From NCBI GenBank assembly GCA_965224085.1, contig CBDCYI010000011.1, forward strand, positions 224,001-288,000: a stretch of 64,000 nucleotides of DNA, read 5' to 3'. The stretch is from Candidatus Marinacidobacterales bacterium. GTDB taxonomy: Bacteria; Acidobacteriota; Vicinamibacteria; Marinacidobacterales; SMYC01. The notes beneath the pieces were generated by a model. The model searched no databases and had not been told where the DNA came from. It was given only the letters and a program-made list of their open reading frames with translations. Positions 21,917-32,705 of the stretch are shown in pieces (positions within the stretch are counted from its first letter, which is position 1; each line of letters begins with the position of its first letter). The position numbers were made by a program, and so were the translations under genes.

Positions 21917-22322
21917 GCCAGCTGAGCGCGCTCGCGCGAAAAGATGCTCGGATCGTGTATCGCGACCGCTTCATGATCTTCATTGCCCTCTACGCGCTCG
22001 TCATCGCGGTCGCGTGCCGCATCATCGTCCCCTGGATTACCGTGCCCGAGATCGACTTCTACTTAGCACCCGCGGTGGTGCTCACGGGACCGCTTCTTCC
22101 TCGGCACGCTTCTGGGCTTCGCTTTGATCGAAGAGCGTGAGCAAGTCACATGGCTTTTGATCCGGGTTCTGCCGGTACGCCCGCTCCGGGTGTTTGTTTA
22201 CTTGTCGCTGAGTGCAACGGCGCTGTCCTTCGTCATCGGTCTCGCTGCGGCGATATTGTACGGTTTTCCCATCCCAGACTGGCCGCGTTTTCTCCTCATG
22301 CTCGCCACGACCTCGCTTGGCG
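21913..22322 (+). pseudogene. Second ABC permease, frameshifted and 3'-truncated
   Basis: RKDARIVYRD, IEEREQ..LLIRVLPV; ends abruptly at the DUF1772 fragment. Confidence 0.7.
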
Positions 22323-22739
22323 CGGGTGCCCACCGCGGAGGGTATCACTGCGATGCAGTCGATCAACGTCGTCGTGCTCAACCCCTCGTTCCTGGGTGCC
22401 TTCATCGGAACCGCCGTGCTGTCGCTCGGCGCGGGTGGGATCGCCTTGTCAGGCTGGGGCGGTCCCTCGGCGTCCTTCTTCTTGGGTGGGGCGATCTTCT
22501 ACCTCGTGGGCACGTTTCTCGTCACCGGGCTCGGCAACGTCCCCTTGAACGACCAGCTGGCCGCCCTGTCCGCCGCGGACCCTGGCGCCGGTGACGTGTG
22601 GGACCACTACCTGGGCCGGTGGACGATGTGGAACCACGTTCGGACGGCCGCCGCCATGGCCGCCGCGCTGCTGTACAGCTTGGGCCTTCATGCAAAACGG
22701 TGGCGCGTGATTTCACGTCGCTACCGGCTCGCTCTTTGA
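22323..22739 (+). pseudogene. DUF1772 (anthrone oxygenase-like) fragment lacking its N-terminus
   Basis: GITAMQSIN, NVPLNDQL, WTMWNHVRT. Confidence 0.8.
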
Positions 22740-23266
22740 CGCCGTCGTTTGAAGCGCGTCCAGTGTTGATAGAGAGCCCACATAAAGAGGATGGGTCCCA
22801 GGGCCACGACCCCCAACGCGCCGATGGCCGGCTTGTTCGCGAGGCCGAGCAAGGCGTTCGTCCCGTAAGCCTCGTCGGTCACGAGATAGGTCCACGTCGC
22901 CGAAGGGCTGCGCACGGAGCTCCCGTCCACGCCTTGTTCCGTGAGCGTCAAAGCGTCGAACGTGCGCACGATCTCGTCATCGATGCGCGCGGGAAGCGCC
23001 GCGAAGCTCCCCTGAGCGATGCGACAGAATTCGACGAGCGGCGTCTGCCCCGAGAGCGCTAGAATCGGGACCTCGTCCCGCGGAACACCCTTCCCCGTGA
23101 GTGCGTTCAAGCAAGCGGGCGCAACGGCGGCGAGAGTTTTTCCCTCGCCCGTCTGCATCTCCACGACGCGCCCTTGGTGAAGGGCGACGCCGGGGCGTTT
23201 CTGGACGTCGAAGAGGCGCACGCCCAAGGACGCAAAAGACAGCCTCGTCGACTTCCCGAAAAACAT
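22721..23266 (-). pseudogene. secA2: Accessory SecA2-type translocase collapsed by internal deletion
   Basis: [16 protein letters not shown] and ALTGKGV joined to the SecA2-like tail PLVEFCRIA...[10 protein letters not shown]. Confidence 0.75.
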
Positions 23267-23286
23267 CGTCGAGCTCCGGCACGGTT

Positions 23287-23915
23287 TCAGCCACGCCGCA
23301 CGAGCCGCCGCCGGAACGCGTCGAAGTTCGCGACCTTCAGCTCTTGCCCGTACAGCACTGAGAGCTCGTCGAGATAGAACAAGTAGGCGTCATAGCGCCG
23401 CAGCTTCGCTTGTAAGGAAGCTCGGGAAAGGTCTCGGTCGCGAGAGTTTGAACGAGCTCGCGCGTTGCGGGATCGATTTGTTCGAGCAAGCGCGCCTGAT
23501 CGGCGCGCCGGGGAAGACGCCGCGCGGCGCCTTATTTGAGCGCTTCGATCCGTACGCGTTGTGCTTCGACGAGGCGCTTCACGTCGAGCGCCTGTCTGAG
23601 GAGCTTCTTCGTCACGACGGGCTGATCCCAAATCGTGACCGTTTCGACCTCGTCGAAGAAATGTTCCGTGCTGTCGTCAAAGAGCTGCTCTTCCGGAAGC
23701 TCGACGAGGCGGTCCACGAGAATGTTCCACATCGCGACAAGCGTGCGCTTGAGCTCGAACTCGGTGCCGTTAATCGTGGGATCTTCGGTGAGCACGAGAA
23801 GGTTGAGGACGAGCGCGGCGAAGCCGAAAGGCGTCGAGCGAAATCGGCGAGCCCGACCTCGTCCCGTGGCCGCGAGAGCGCCGGTTTTCTCGAGCGCGGC
23901 AACCGCACGGCTCAC
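23287..23915 (-). pseudogene. Hypothetical (possible wHTH) protein remnant with internal stop
   Basis: SRAVAALEKTGAL...GRARRF; TAA at 23532; 5' end truncated. Confidence 0.4.
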
Positions 23916-24065
23916 CCACTCGGCTTCGACCCTGCCGTGATGATGTGGAAAGGCCCGGACGACTCTGATTCTGGGCTACTCAGACTGACGCCCTGGCGCA
24001 TCGAGCTCGCGTTCCTCATGCCTTGGGAGGACGGCTGGCGCAGCCGTGTTTGGAAAGCAAAGAGC
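23914..24065 (+). pseudogene. C-terminal fragment of a pyridoxamine oxidase-like protein
   Basis: PLGFDPA..WKGPDD...LLRLTPWRIEL. Confidence 0.5.
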
Positions 24066-24220
24066 GTCGAGCGTTCGGGTCGGCTCGGATCCAGCCGGAT
24101 GATGCCTCGAACATACCTCGTGCCGCTTTCTCGAAACAGGACCGAGTTGCCGCGCATGGTGGCCGTGGACGCCGCCCTGCGATTGTGTGGAGAAACCGAC
24201 GGCCGGACCGGAGAGATAAC

Positions 24221-24312
24221 ATGGCGCAAGAAGACCTTTTGAGACGCATCACGGCGCGACCAAACGTGTTCGGTGGAAAGCCCATCATTGGAGGCATGCG
24301 GATCTCCGTCGG
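24221..24312 (+). pseudogene. DUF433 antitoxin-like N-terminal fragment
   Basis: MAQEDLLRRITARPNVFGGKPIIGGMRISV after GGAGAG; truncated. Confidence 0.75.
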
Positions 24313-24388
24313 AATAGCTGGGATGAAGGCGGATCGCAGCATTCGGCATTTCTCCTTCGAACTCCCATCGTCGGTAATCGATGTTAGC

Positions 24389-25560
24389 TCAAAGAGGAGC
24401 GCTTCCAAAGTTGAGCTTCAGTTCTAGCGCGTCGGCGTAGCGCGCGAGGCTCCTCTGTACGGCGTCGCGACGTGCTTTGCGCTCGTGATGGACGGATAGC
24501 ACGTGCATGCGGCCTGCCGTCTTGTCCGCTTTGAGATCGCAGCGGCCGACGAGCTCGTCGCCCGAGAGGACAGGCAAGCAGTAGTAGCCATACTTTCTTT
24601 GGTGTGCGGGCTTGAAGACTTCGAGCACCTGCTCAAAGTCGAAGAGCATTTGGACGCGCTTGCGATCCCAGAGCAACGGATCGAAAGGAGAGAGAAGAAC
24701 GCCCGCATCTCGCGGTGGCCGCAATTTCTCGAGACGCGCCGCGAGCTCGAGATCCTCGCCGCGAATCCACCCGGCGCGCCCGTCCAGCGAGCACGCGACC
24801 ACCATCCCATCTTCTCGCATCTCCTCGAGGCAGGCTTGAAGGAGCTTGCGGCGCTTCGTGAGCCGCCACGTGCCCGCGAGCGTTCCGAGGGGCGCCCCAT
24901 CCGTGTCCGTCGAGAGCTTTCAGAAGTAGCGTCTTCATCGCCTCCCGTTCGGGTAGGCCGATGTGCCGCGCGCTTCTCCGGGATTACCCGCTGGGGCAGA
25001 TCGTAGTACGGATGGAAATTCTTTCTGTGGTGGACGGCGAGATCCCCGCCCCACCAAAGGCAGCGCAGGACACGGCGGGTCAAAGAAAAGCCCCAGTCGT
25101 TGCGGCTGGATTTGTCCTCGAAGTCGGCCGTGCGCAGCGGACCTTCGTTGCCAATACGCTTCAGGATTGCGTTCGCTTTCCGCCGGTTCTCTTGGAGCAC
25201 GCGCCCCCACCACGGGTTCTGCTTTTTGTACTCGCGGCGGCGAAACTCGAAAACTGGGTAGAGCTCCATCGGAATCCAGCTCGCTTCGTGGCCCCAGTAC
25301 TCGAAGAGAGGGGCTTTCGGACGGAGCAAGGTCTCCGGCAGGGCGGGATCGAGGCCGGGGAGCCGGGATAAAAGCACGAGGCTATGGCTGCGAGCTCCGG
25401 CTATGGGAACGGTATCGAGCTGCAGATACCCGAAGCGACGGATGACGCAGTAGCACGCCGCTCGTGGTCGCTTGCCGGGACTCGACGGAAAGCCGGTCCA
25501 TTCGGGCTTCATGAGCCCGGCCCGTGCGAGCGCGAGCCGTCGCGCCGCGCGGATGCTCAT
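24389..25560 (-). pseudogene. YcaQ/AlkZ-like (HTH_42) DNA glycosylase, frameshifted
   Basis: LQLD, LFEYWGHEAS, LLSPFDPLLWDRKR, RKYGYYCLPVL, GRCDLKAD over three frames. Confidence 0.85.
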
Positions 25561-25772
25561 CGTGTCAGAGCTCGTTGTTGCTTCCCCGGGGTCGAGTCTA
25601 GAGCAAAAAGACTTGAGCATAGCGGATTCGGTGATGAAAGCGACACCGAGGATTTCCGCACCGGCTGGTTGAAGCACATCATCTGGATGAAGTCGGCGAT
25701 CGAAAAAGGCGAGGCGTGGGTCGCGCCCAAGCTCGTTTCAGCGGATTGGGACGAGCTCTGAGCGCACCGCGC

Positions 25773-25995
25773 TTATTTGAAGAAGCCGCCGAGTAAACTC
25801 GATCCGATCTTCGCGACGTCATCGATGGTGGAGCCGTCTCCATCTCTGTCGAGGAGCTGGTTGAACACTTTCATGGCGTCCGGCGCTTGTTGCTCCGCTT
25901 TTTGGCGTTCGCCGGCAAGTAGGCCGAAAAGCCCGGGAGCATCAACGCCTGCTTGACGCTTCGTGCGCCCGAGAACACCCATGACGACGGGCTCG
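25773..25995 (-). pseudogene. DUF937 family C-terminal fragment
   Basis: PVVMGVLG...LLDRDGDGSTIDDV...LLGGFF. Confidence 0.65.
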
Positions 25996-26201
25996 AGCTT
26001 GGCGGAGCGCTCTTCATCCGATTCCCTTGCAGCGCCGAGCAAACTTTCTCCCGCGCTCATTACGAAATCGAAAACTCCGATGTTTGGACCTCCTCGCGGG
26101 GTGTAATCGGTACGAGGTGGAACCCGTGAATCTCCGCTCGGGCTTCGCAACGGTCGACTGGCGGCACCCCCCGAAAATGCCAGTCGATGAGGCGGCCGAG
26201 G

Positions 26202-27596
26202 CTATCTCAGGCTTGGTGGAATTGCAACGATGGGCTCGATATATCGCTCGGCGAGGAAGCGGCGATCCGTTTCAGCAATCGGAAACGTCATCTCGAAATA
26301 GGCGCGAATATCGGCGGCCAGATTGCGGTGATAGAAAGTGGGCCAAACGGCACGAAGCGCGCTGTCGATGGCAAGCTGCGCCGCCGTCCCATGCGTTTCG
26401 AGCGCCTCTACTTCGATGACGGTGATCACATACGCGATGAGGTTGTCCGCGAACCATTCGGACGGGAGGCAGAAGGCGTAGTCGCTCACGATGCCGCGCG
26501 AAGCAAACGTCTCGTCGAGCAAGTAGGTCGGTGGCTCGCCCAGCGCTTCGTAGACCTCTTCCGCCCAGCTCGCCCACGCTTCCGGGTCCTTTCCGCGGAA
26601 CGAGAACGTGGGCTCCGACATCCCCTCGTAGACGAAACGCGGCACGACGGCGAGTCCGGCACCGAGCTCGCCGTCAAGAAAGCCCGTTTGTTCCCACTCG
26701 AACGCTCGGACGAGCTCGGCGAAATGCGGCGCAGGAAAACGCGTGCGCCCGTTCTCGGCCACGAGGTCCTCGGCGTCGAAGTCGAGCGACATGTGGAAGC
26801 TGTGGCCCATCTCGTGAACGAGAATACCGAGAAGCAAAAGCAGGTCGTCGACCCGACGGCCCACGTCATAAATGATGAGCGACTGGGTCCGCGGAAAAAC
26901 CTGAGCGGCGGTCTCGTCCTCTTCCACTGCAGCGAGCGCGGCGTTCAGGAGCGCCGTTTTCTCCGTGGCGATCGTGCGCAAAGTCGGCAGCCTGTCGTGG
27001 TTCTCGAAGAATTGGCGAAAGACGCGCCGCACAGTGTCGTCCACGGCTTCGGCGAGCTCGAGATCGAAACGCGCATCGCGATCGACGAGTGCGATGTCGT
27101 AATCCCGATACAGGCCCAGCTGGATCTCGGCGAGCTCGGACTCCCGCCCGAACAAGGACCAGTCGATGGAGTCTGGCAGGCCATTGGTGTTCGCGTCGAC
27201 ACCGCCCGCGGCAGGATCGAACGGATCGCTGTCGAGCACATTGCGCACGCCGTCGCCGTCGATGTCGACGTCGCCTTCCATGAACTTCCCGTAATAGTCG
27301 CTAACGCGGAAATCGGGAACGCCATTGCCGTTCGAATCACGCAGAGCGAGCGCCTTGAGCCGATCGTGATCCGCATACAGTTTGTCGAGACGATCGAGAG
27401 CTTCGGATTCGGTGCTCGCGCGCAGCTCCCCGAAGCGCGCACTCTCTTCCTCGCCCGGCAGGATCGCGATCGGCGCGCCAGAATAGTGCACGTGTTGGAG
27501 TGACGCAGTTTGGTTGCGCTCCCGAGCGTTGCGACACGCGACCGCGAAAAGAAGGATGAAGATGCACAGGCTTCGGGAGTGAGCCTGAAGGATCAT
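26202..27596 (-). CDS. Putative lipoprotein zinc metallopeptidase with DxDxDG calcium-binding-like repeats
   Basis: Lipobox FAVAC; DSNGNGVPD, DIDGDGVRN, DANTNGLPD; HEMGH and EWFAD; start overlaps the ThuA stop. Confidence 0.65.
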   Translation of the reverse strand: MILQAHSRSLCIFILLFAVACRNARERNQTASLQHVHYSGAPIAILPGEEESARFGELRASTESEALDRLDKLYADHDRLKALALRDSNGNGVPDFRVSDYYGKFMEGDVDIDGDGVRNVLDSDPFDPAAGGVDANTNGLPDSIDWSLFGRESELAEIQLGLYRDYDIALVDRDARFDLELAEAVDDTVRRVFRQFFENHDRLPTLRTIATEKTALLNAALAAVEEDETAAQVFPRTQSLIIYDVGRRVDDLLLLLGILVHEMGHSFHMSLDFDAEDLVAENGRTRFPAPHFAELVRAFEWEQTGFLDGELGAGLAVVPRFVYEGMSEPTFSFRGKDPEAWASWAEEVYEALGEPPTYLLDETFASRGIVSDYAFCLPSEWFADNLIAYVITVIEVEALETHGTAAQLAIDSALRAVWPTFYHRNLAADIRAYFEMTFPIAETDRRFLAERYIEPIVAIPPSLR

Positions 27597-28297
27597 TGTC
27601 GGCCGGAGGACCAGTTGATGGCGCCCGCGAGGTGCGCTTTGAAGGTCTCGTCCGAGTAGGACGCTTCGGTATGGCCAAGTGCGGTGTAGAAAGCGCGGCC
27701 GCCGTCGAACTCGTGGTACCACACCACGGGGTGATCGCCCATCGCGGCCTCATCGGCCTCGAAGCTCGTCTCGTCGAGCGCCATGAGCACCTCAACGTAG
27801 GCGCGTGGGTTCGCCTGGAAGGTGTAATGTTCGTCGACGCGCGTCCACCGCTCCTTGAGGTGCCGGGTCGCCGGGTGAGCACGGTCTTCGACGATGTAGG
27901 TGGCCTCTTGAATCTCGGGATGGGTCTTGAAATAGGCGCCCACGAGCTTTCCGTACCATGGCCAGTCATACTCCGTATCGGAAGCGGCATGGATGCCCAC
28001 ATAGCCTTTCCCTGACTGGATGAAACGCTCGAAGGCGGCTTGCCCGTCGTCCAAAACGTCGCCCGTCGTCATGAGAAAGACGACAACGTCGACGCCCGCG
28101 AGCGTATCGTCGGTGAATCGGCTCGCGTCTTCGGTCGCGACGACGTTCCAACCGTGCTGTTTACCAAGCGCTTCGATTGCCCGGACACCGGCCGGTATCG
28201 ACGCGTGCCGATACTCCGCCGTTTTGCTGAAAATAATGACGTCGACGTCGATGGGTTCCGTTTGAGCCGCCACGAGTGATAGCAGGAGAGCAAGCAT
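27593..28297 (-). CDS. ThuA domain protein
   Basis: FSKTAEYRHASI, GYVGIHAASD, GDHPVVW, GRAFYTALGH. Confidence 0.9.
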   Translation of the reverse strand: MLALLLSLVAAQTEPIDVDVIIFSKTAEYRHASIPAGVRAIEALGKQHGWNVVATEDASRFTDDTLAGVDVVVFLMTTGDVLDDGQAAFERFIQSGKGYVGIHAASDTEYDWPWYGKLVGAYFKTHPEIQEATYIVEDRAHPATRHLKERWTRVDEHYTFQANPRAYVEVLMALDETSFEADEAAMGDHPVVWYHEFDGGRAFYTALGHTEASYSDETFKAHLAGAINWSSGRQ

Positions 28298-28316
28298 GCG
28301 CGTATCATACGTGAAG

Positions 28317-30158
28317 ATGCGTTACTTTCGTCTCGTGGTCCTCTTGCTTTTCTTCGGCGCGTGCTCGCGCGACGAGACGCCCAACTTGTCGAAGGACGCA
28401 AAAACAGCGACGCACCAAGCACTCTTCGAAGATCTCGAAAAGCCGCGCGATCCCTCGGACGGCGGCGGGCGCGCGTTTCTCGCCGAGGTCCCCAAGGGCC
28501 CCATCCTGGTGGGGAGCCGCCACCGTTTCGAGATTGTCTACGAGGCCGGCCCTTTGGGTATCTCCGAAGGCGGCGTATTGTTCCTGGAACCGTCGCCGTT
28601 TTGGGGCTGGGATGTGCCTCAGACAGAGGTTCCGGAGGCTCCGGGATTTACCGAGGCCACGACGGACGCGCCGAACGTGAAGCTCGAGACGTTGAGCCTC
28701 GGCGGCCTTCTCACCATCACAATCCGTGGGCGCGCTCTCGCGCCGGGTGAGCGGGTGGAACTCGTATATGGTGCGGGTCCGGCTGGGGCTCAGGTCGATC
28801 GCTACGCGGAGTCGCAGGCGCCGATCTGGCTCGCCGTCGACGGCGATGGAGACGGTGTGCGTTCCGTTCTCGACGAAGTCCCGAGCGTCGATGTCGCCGC
28901 GGGTCCGGCCGCGCAGCTCGTCTTGACGCTACCGAGCACGGCGCAGCCGGGAGACCGCGTGCGCTTGACGGTGGCGGCTCTCGACCGAGCCGGCAATGCG
29001 GGCATGACGCTTGACGGAAGCGTGGCGCTCTCGGGGCCGACCGCCCTGGGCCTTCCCACCGGTCTAGAGCTTTCGGAGCGTGGGGTCGGCTATGTCGATG
29101 TCGTCGCTCGCGATGCGGGTGTCTACCGCGTGAGCGGCGCGTCGGGTGAAATGATTGCGGAAAGCAACCCACTCGTTGTTCGCGACGGCATCCCCCGCAT
29201 CCTGTGGGCCGACCTTCATGGTCATTCGCAGCTTTCGGACGGCACGGGTACGCCCGACGACTACTTCTGGTACGCGCGGGACGTGGCGGCGCTTGACATC
29301 GCCTCGCTCACGGATCACGACCATTGGGGTATGCGTTTTCTCGATCAGAGCGAAGCGATGTGGAAAGCGATCCGCGAGGCGGGCCGCCGCTTCGAAGAGC
29401 CCGGCCGATTCCTCGCCATCGAGGGCTACGAGTGGACGAACTGGCTTCACGGTCATCGCCACGTTCTGTACTTCGAAAGCGGTGGCGAAGTCTTGAGCTC
29501 CATCGATCCGGCCTACGAAACGCCGGCTCAGTTGTGGGAAGCGCTCGAAGGCCAGAAGGCACTCACCGTCGCACACCATTCAGCGGGCGGTCCGGTCTCG
29601 ACCAATTGGAATTTCATGCCGGACCCCGCGATCGAGCCGGTGACGGAGATCGTCTCGGTGCACGGCAGCAGCGAAGCGGCCGATACGCCCGGCACGATCT
29701 ATAGCGCCGTCACGGGCAACTTCGTCCGTGACGTACTCGATCGCGGCGCGCGCTTCGGCTTCATCGGTAGCGGCGACAGCCACGACGGCCACCCGGGCCT
29801 CGCACATCTCGCGTCACCGAGCGGCGGTCTCGCCGCGATCTTCTCGGAACATTTGACGCGCGACGGCGTGCTCGAAGCCCTCGCATCGCGACGCGTTTAC
29901 GCGACGAACGGCCCCCGCATCTGGCTACGCTTCTGGCTCGACGACGACCCCCGCTTCGCGGTGGCAGGCACGGCGCCCATCGAGCGCGTCGACGTGATCC
30001 GAAGCGGGAGCGTCGTCACCAGCCTTTCCGGCGCCGGACGCCGTGAATGGGGTGAAGGGCTGACGCTCGACGGCCTCGTGTCGGGCGAATATGTCTACAT
30101 CCGCGTCGTCCAGGAAGACGGTGGCGTCGCGTGGTCGAGCCCCGTGTTTATCGACTAG
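28317..30158 (+). CDS. CehA/McbA/DUF3604-like PHP metallohydrolase
   Basis: WADLHGHS..SDG, TDHD, GYEWT, GSGDSHDGHPG, RRVYATNG, AWSSPV. Confidence 0.85.
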   Translation: MRYFRLVVLLLFFGACSRDETPNLSKDAKTATHQALFEDLEKPRDPSDGGGRAFLAEVPKGPILVGSRHRFEIVYEAGPLGISEGGVLFLEPSPFWGWDVPQTEVPEAPGFTEATTDAPNVKLETLSLGGLLTITIRGRALAPGERVELVYGAGPAGAQVDRYAESQAPIWLAVDGDGDGVRSVLDEVPSVDVAAGPAAQLVLTLPSTAQPGDRVRLTVAALDRAGNAGMTLDGSVALSGPTALGLPTGLELSERGVGYVDVVARDAGVYRVSGASGEMIAESNPLVVRDGIPRILWADLHGHSQLSDGTGTPDDYFWYARDVAALDIASLTDHDHWGMRFLDQSEAMWKAIREAGRRFEEPGRFLAIEGYEWTNWLHGHRHVLYFESGGEVLSSIDPAYETPAQLWEALEGQKALTVAHHSAGGPVSTNWNFMPDPAIEPVTEIVSVHGSSEAADTPGTIYSAVTGNFVRDVLDRGARFGFIGSGDSHDGHPGLAHLASPSGGLAAIFSEHLTRDGVLEALASRRVYATNGPRIWLRFWLDDDPRFAVAGTAPIERVDVIRSGSVVTSLSGAGRREWGEGLTLDGLVSGEYVYIRVVQEDGGVAWSSPVFID

Positions 30159-30186
30159 CCGTTTGCTACCGTATAAACAGAGGACG

Positions 30187-30490
30187 ATGACGACCGAAGA
30201 CGCTTTGAGGGAGTACTTGGTCGAACGAGGGTTCGTCGAGACGGGCACGCCCCGCGAGGAACTCTACCGCAGCAATTGGGTCAAGGTGCCCATGTGGGGC
30301 TATTTCGTTTCTTTACTGGATCGATCGGATGGTATTCATGAGCCTCGGACTTCTCTTCTGCCCCATGCGGACCCTTCGGGCCTGCAGGCGTGGTCGAGAA
30401 CACCGGAACTCCTTTGACCGCGACCCGGAAGACCTCCTCGCCAGTGACTTCGACGACCTCAAACGCCGAAGCCTCCGAACCGCTGGTTGA
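30187..30490 (+). pseudogene. Hypothetical membrane protein, internally deleted
   Basis: MTTEDALREYLVERGF...VPMWGYFV joined out of frame to FYWIDR...CPMRTLRACRRGR...LRTAG*. Confidence 0.45.
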
Positions 30491-30512
30491 TCGCGCGCGC
30501 GCAACCGAAATC

Positions 30513-30756
30513 TCATTCCGGGAAGTGCATGCGGCGGAGCAGGTCTCGGAAACGGGGGTCGTCTCGCAGAGGGTCCACCCACAAATGAGTCGGGAGGCCC
30601 ACCGTCATGGCAGCCCGCTCGCGGTAAGCGCAATCCGGCCAGGGACTCCGTAATAATGATGTTGGCGGTCTTCAAGTCCCGATGGACGAAGCCTGCACGA
30701 TGCGCGTTGTCCAGTCCGTCCGCGCTTTCGGCAAGGAATCGAATGAGAAGGGTTTT
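30513..30756 (-). pseudogene. Collapsed Ser/Thr kinase-TPR gene remnant, 5' end cut by IS1634
   Basis: ADGLDNAHRAGFVHRDLKTANIIIT lies within about 100 bp of the tail VDPLRDDPRFRDLLRRMHFPE*. Confidence 0.7.
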
Positions 30757-32705
30757 CTAGGCGGAACTTCCACAGATGAACAAGCGTAAGTGTTGGCATC
30801 ATTAGTCTTGTTTTTTAAGAGAGGCGTGTGTACTGCTTACATCGTGCGGGGATTGATTCCGAGGAGGTTGAATGCTTTGTGCTGCAAGGGTGTAGGGCGA
30901 GTAACGCTGACGAAGGACAGGCCGCGGGCGTCGTTTTCGACTTGATTTTTCGTGACCGTAGCAAGATCAGAAAGAAGCGTTCTGAAACTGTGGACGGGCA
31001 ACCCATCGGGAGACTTCTTGGTAGAAGCCTTTGCCTGGGCGGAGTCTGAAGACGTTGCTGGGCTGACGATGGATGAGCGTTTGGCTTGGGCACCGTCAGT
31101 GTCGTCGTCGTCAAACAAGATCGGGGCGAGGGCTTTTCGCATGTGCCATTCCACGTAGTAGGCGAGCATGCAAAGAAAGATGTGAGCTCGAACTCGCTCA
31201 GCGTTGTAGTGATAGATGGGCCGTACTTTCAAATCCACGGTTTTGCAGCAACGAAAAGCGCGTTCAACGACTGCCAAGCCTTTGTAGGTCTTGACAGCTT
31301 CGTCTGCGGAGATGGCCTCTTCGGTGAGGCTTGTACGAATGATATAGATACCGTCGAGGGTCGCCTCACGCTCGATGTTATCGTTGTCGCGCTCGAAGTC
31401 GAAGCTGTCGTCCGTAATGGTGTAGCGAAAGTGCTTGCCCATCTTGCTCCGAGCGAACACTCGACCCAATCGTATGCCGATGGTATCTTTGCCTCGCAAA
31501 GGACGCTGGTCTCGCTTCGTCGCTTTGCGAATCACTTCTAGCTTCGACTCCGTCGACACAAGCATCTCTTCCCGTTTCCGTGCCCGCTCGGCAGCAAGAA
31601 GAGGGTTGCGACAAGCAATGAGTCGCTCACCAGGAAAGTTAGGATGATGGATCTCCGCTAGGTCGACCTCATCGAACAGAGAAGGCTGTAGCATTCCGTC
31701 TTTTGCAAGTCGCTGAATCTGCGGGGCACGAAGTGAGCTGATCCACTCGAGACCTTCCTCTGGTCGAAGTTCCTCGCGAATCCGAGCTTCGGTGATCATC
31801 CCTCGGTCACCTACGAAGACGATATTGTCAAGCTCAAAACGTTCTCGGACTTTGCGAATTTGGCTCCCCAGTGTTGCGGGATCTCCGGTGTTGCCTTCGA
31901 ACACCTCTACCCCGACCGGCCGACCATTACGCTCACACAGTAAGCCGAACACGATCTGCAGTTTGTTTTTCTTGCCGTCTCTCGAGTAACCGAGCTTCGC
32001 CAGAGGGCACGACCGACCTTCCACCCAAGTCGACGTCAAGTCGTAGAGAACCAAGCTGCCCTGCTGCAGATGGCGTTTCGCCAGTTTCTTCTCTATGGCA
32101 GCTTGGCGGCTCAAAAGCCAATCCAGGGCCTCATACAACTCATCCTCGTTGGAGTCTTCAACTCCAACACACTCACCCAAAGACGAAGTCAAGGTCTGTT
32201 TCGATAGACCACGGGCCGTGGCCAACTTGGAGCCCGGCTCTACGATTCGCGCCACAATCATCGCCACCACGAGGTCACGCTCTCGGCGCTGGCGGCTATG
32301 GATGATTCGCTCGAGGCCAACTTTGCGCAGCGTTCCCAGCACGGCCGCAACATGTCCGTGAGGTTTGCTTCTGGTGATCTCGAATTGCTGAGCCTCACCC
32401 AAATCCACGTTGCCCTTCAGCAACTGGCGAAGAGCTTCAATTCGAGCGGGCTTCCACTTCGAGATGTTGGCGACGGTCCTCGTTTTGGGCTTACCGCCTT
32501 CGCGGTAGCTTTCGCGAATGAGAATCGCTGGGGGCGAGTTACGGTTCGGCACCTTGGCGATGTACATGCGCCGACTATACAGGATCTAATCAGCATTATC
32601 AACCATACCGTTATTATTACATGCGTACTGATTACACTTAGAACGGCCACATCTGCTTTAAACGTACGGGTTTACATGCGTCTAGCCGGCGGAAGCTCCG
32701 TCTAG
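30757..32705 (-). mobile_element. IS1634-family element type B
   Basis: Inverted ends CTAGGCGGAACTTCC / CTAGACGGAGCTTCC; the two flanks belong to different genes. Confidence 0.88.
30837..32567 (-). CDS. IS1634-family transposase
   Basis: RESYREGGK, LYDLTSTWVEG, GYSRDGK, VGDRGMI, VERAFR, RPIYH. Confidence 0.93.
   Translation of the reverse strand: MYIAKVPNRNSPPAILIRESYREGGKPKTRTVANISKWKPARIEALRQLLKGNVDLGEAQQFEITRSKPHGHVAAVLGTLRKVGLERIIHSRQRRERDLVVAMIVARIVEPGSKLATARGLSKQTLTSSLGECVGVEDSNEDELYEALDWLLSRQAAIEKKLAKRHLQQGSLVLYDLTSTWVEGRSCPLAKLGYSRDGKKNKLQIVFGLLCERNGRPVGVEVFEGNTGDPATLGSQIRKVRERFELDNIVFVGDRGMITEARIREELRPEEGLEWISSLRAPQIQRLAKDGMLQPSLFDEVDLAEIHHPNFPGERLIACRNPLLAAERARKREEMLVSTESKLEVIRKATKRDQRPLRGKDTIGIRLGRVFARSKMGKHFRYTITDDSFDFERDNDNIEREATLDGIYIIRTSLTEEAISADEAVKTYKGLAVVERAFRCCKTVDLKVRPIYHYNAERVRAHIFLCMLAYYVEWHMRKALAPILFDDDDTDGAQAKRSSIVSPATSSDSAQAKASTKKSPDGLPVHSFRTLLSDLATVTKNQVENDARGLSFVSVTRPTPLQHKAFNLLGINPRTM

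Noticed and set aside
26187-27503. Long antisense ORFs (also 8551-9957, 4616-5683, 58240-59226)
   Set aside because: Shadow frames opposite real genes in GC-rich DNA, with no recognisable motifs.
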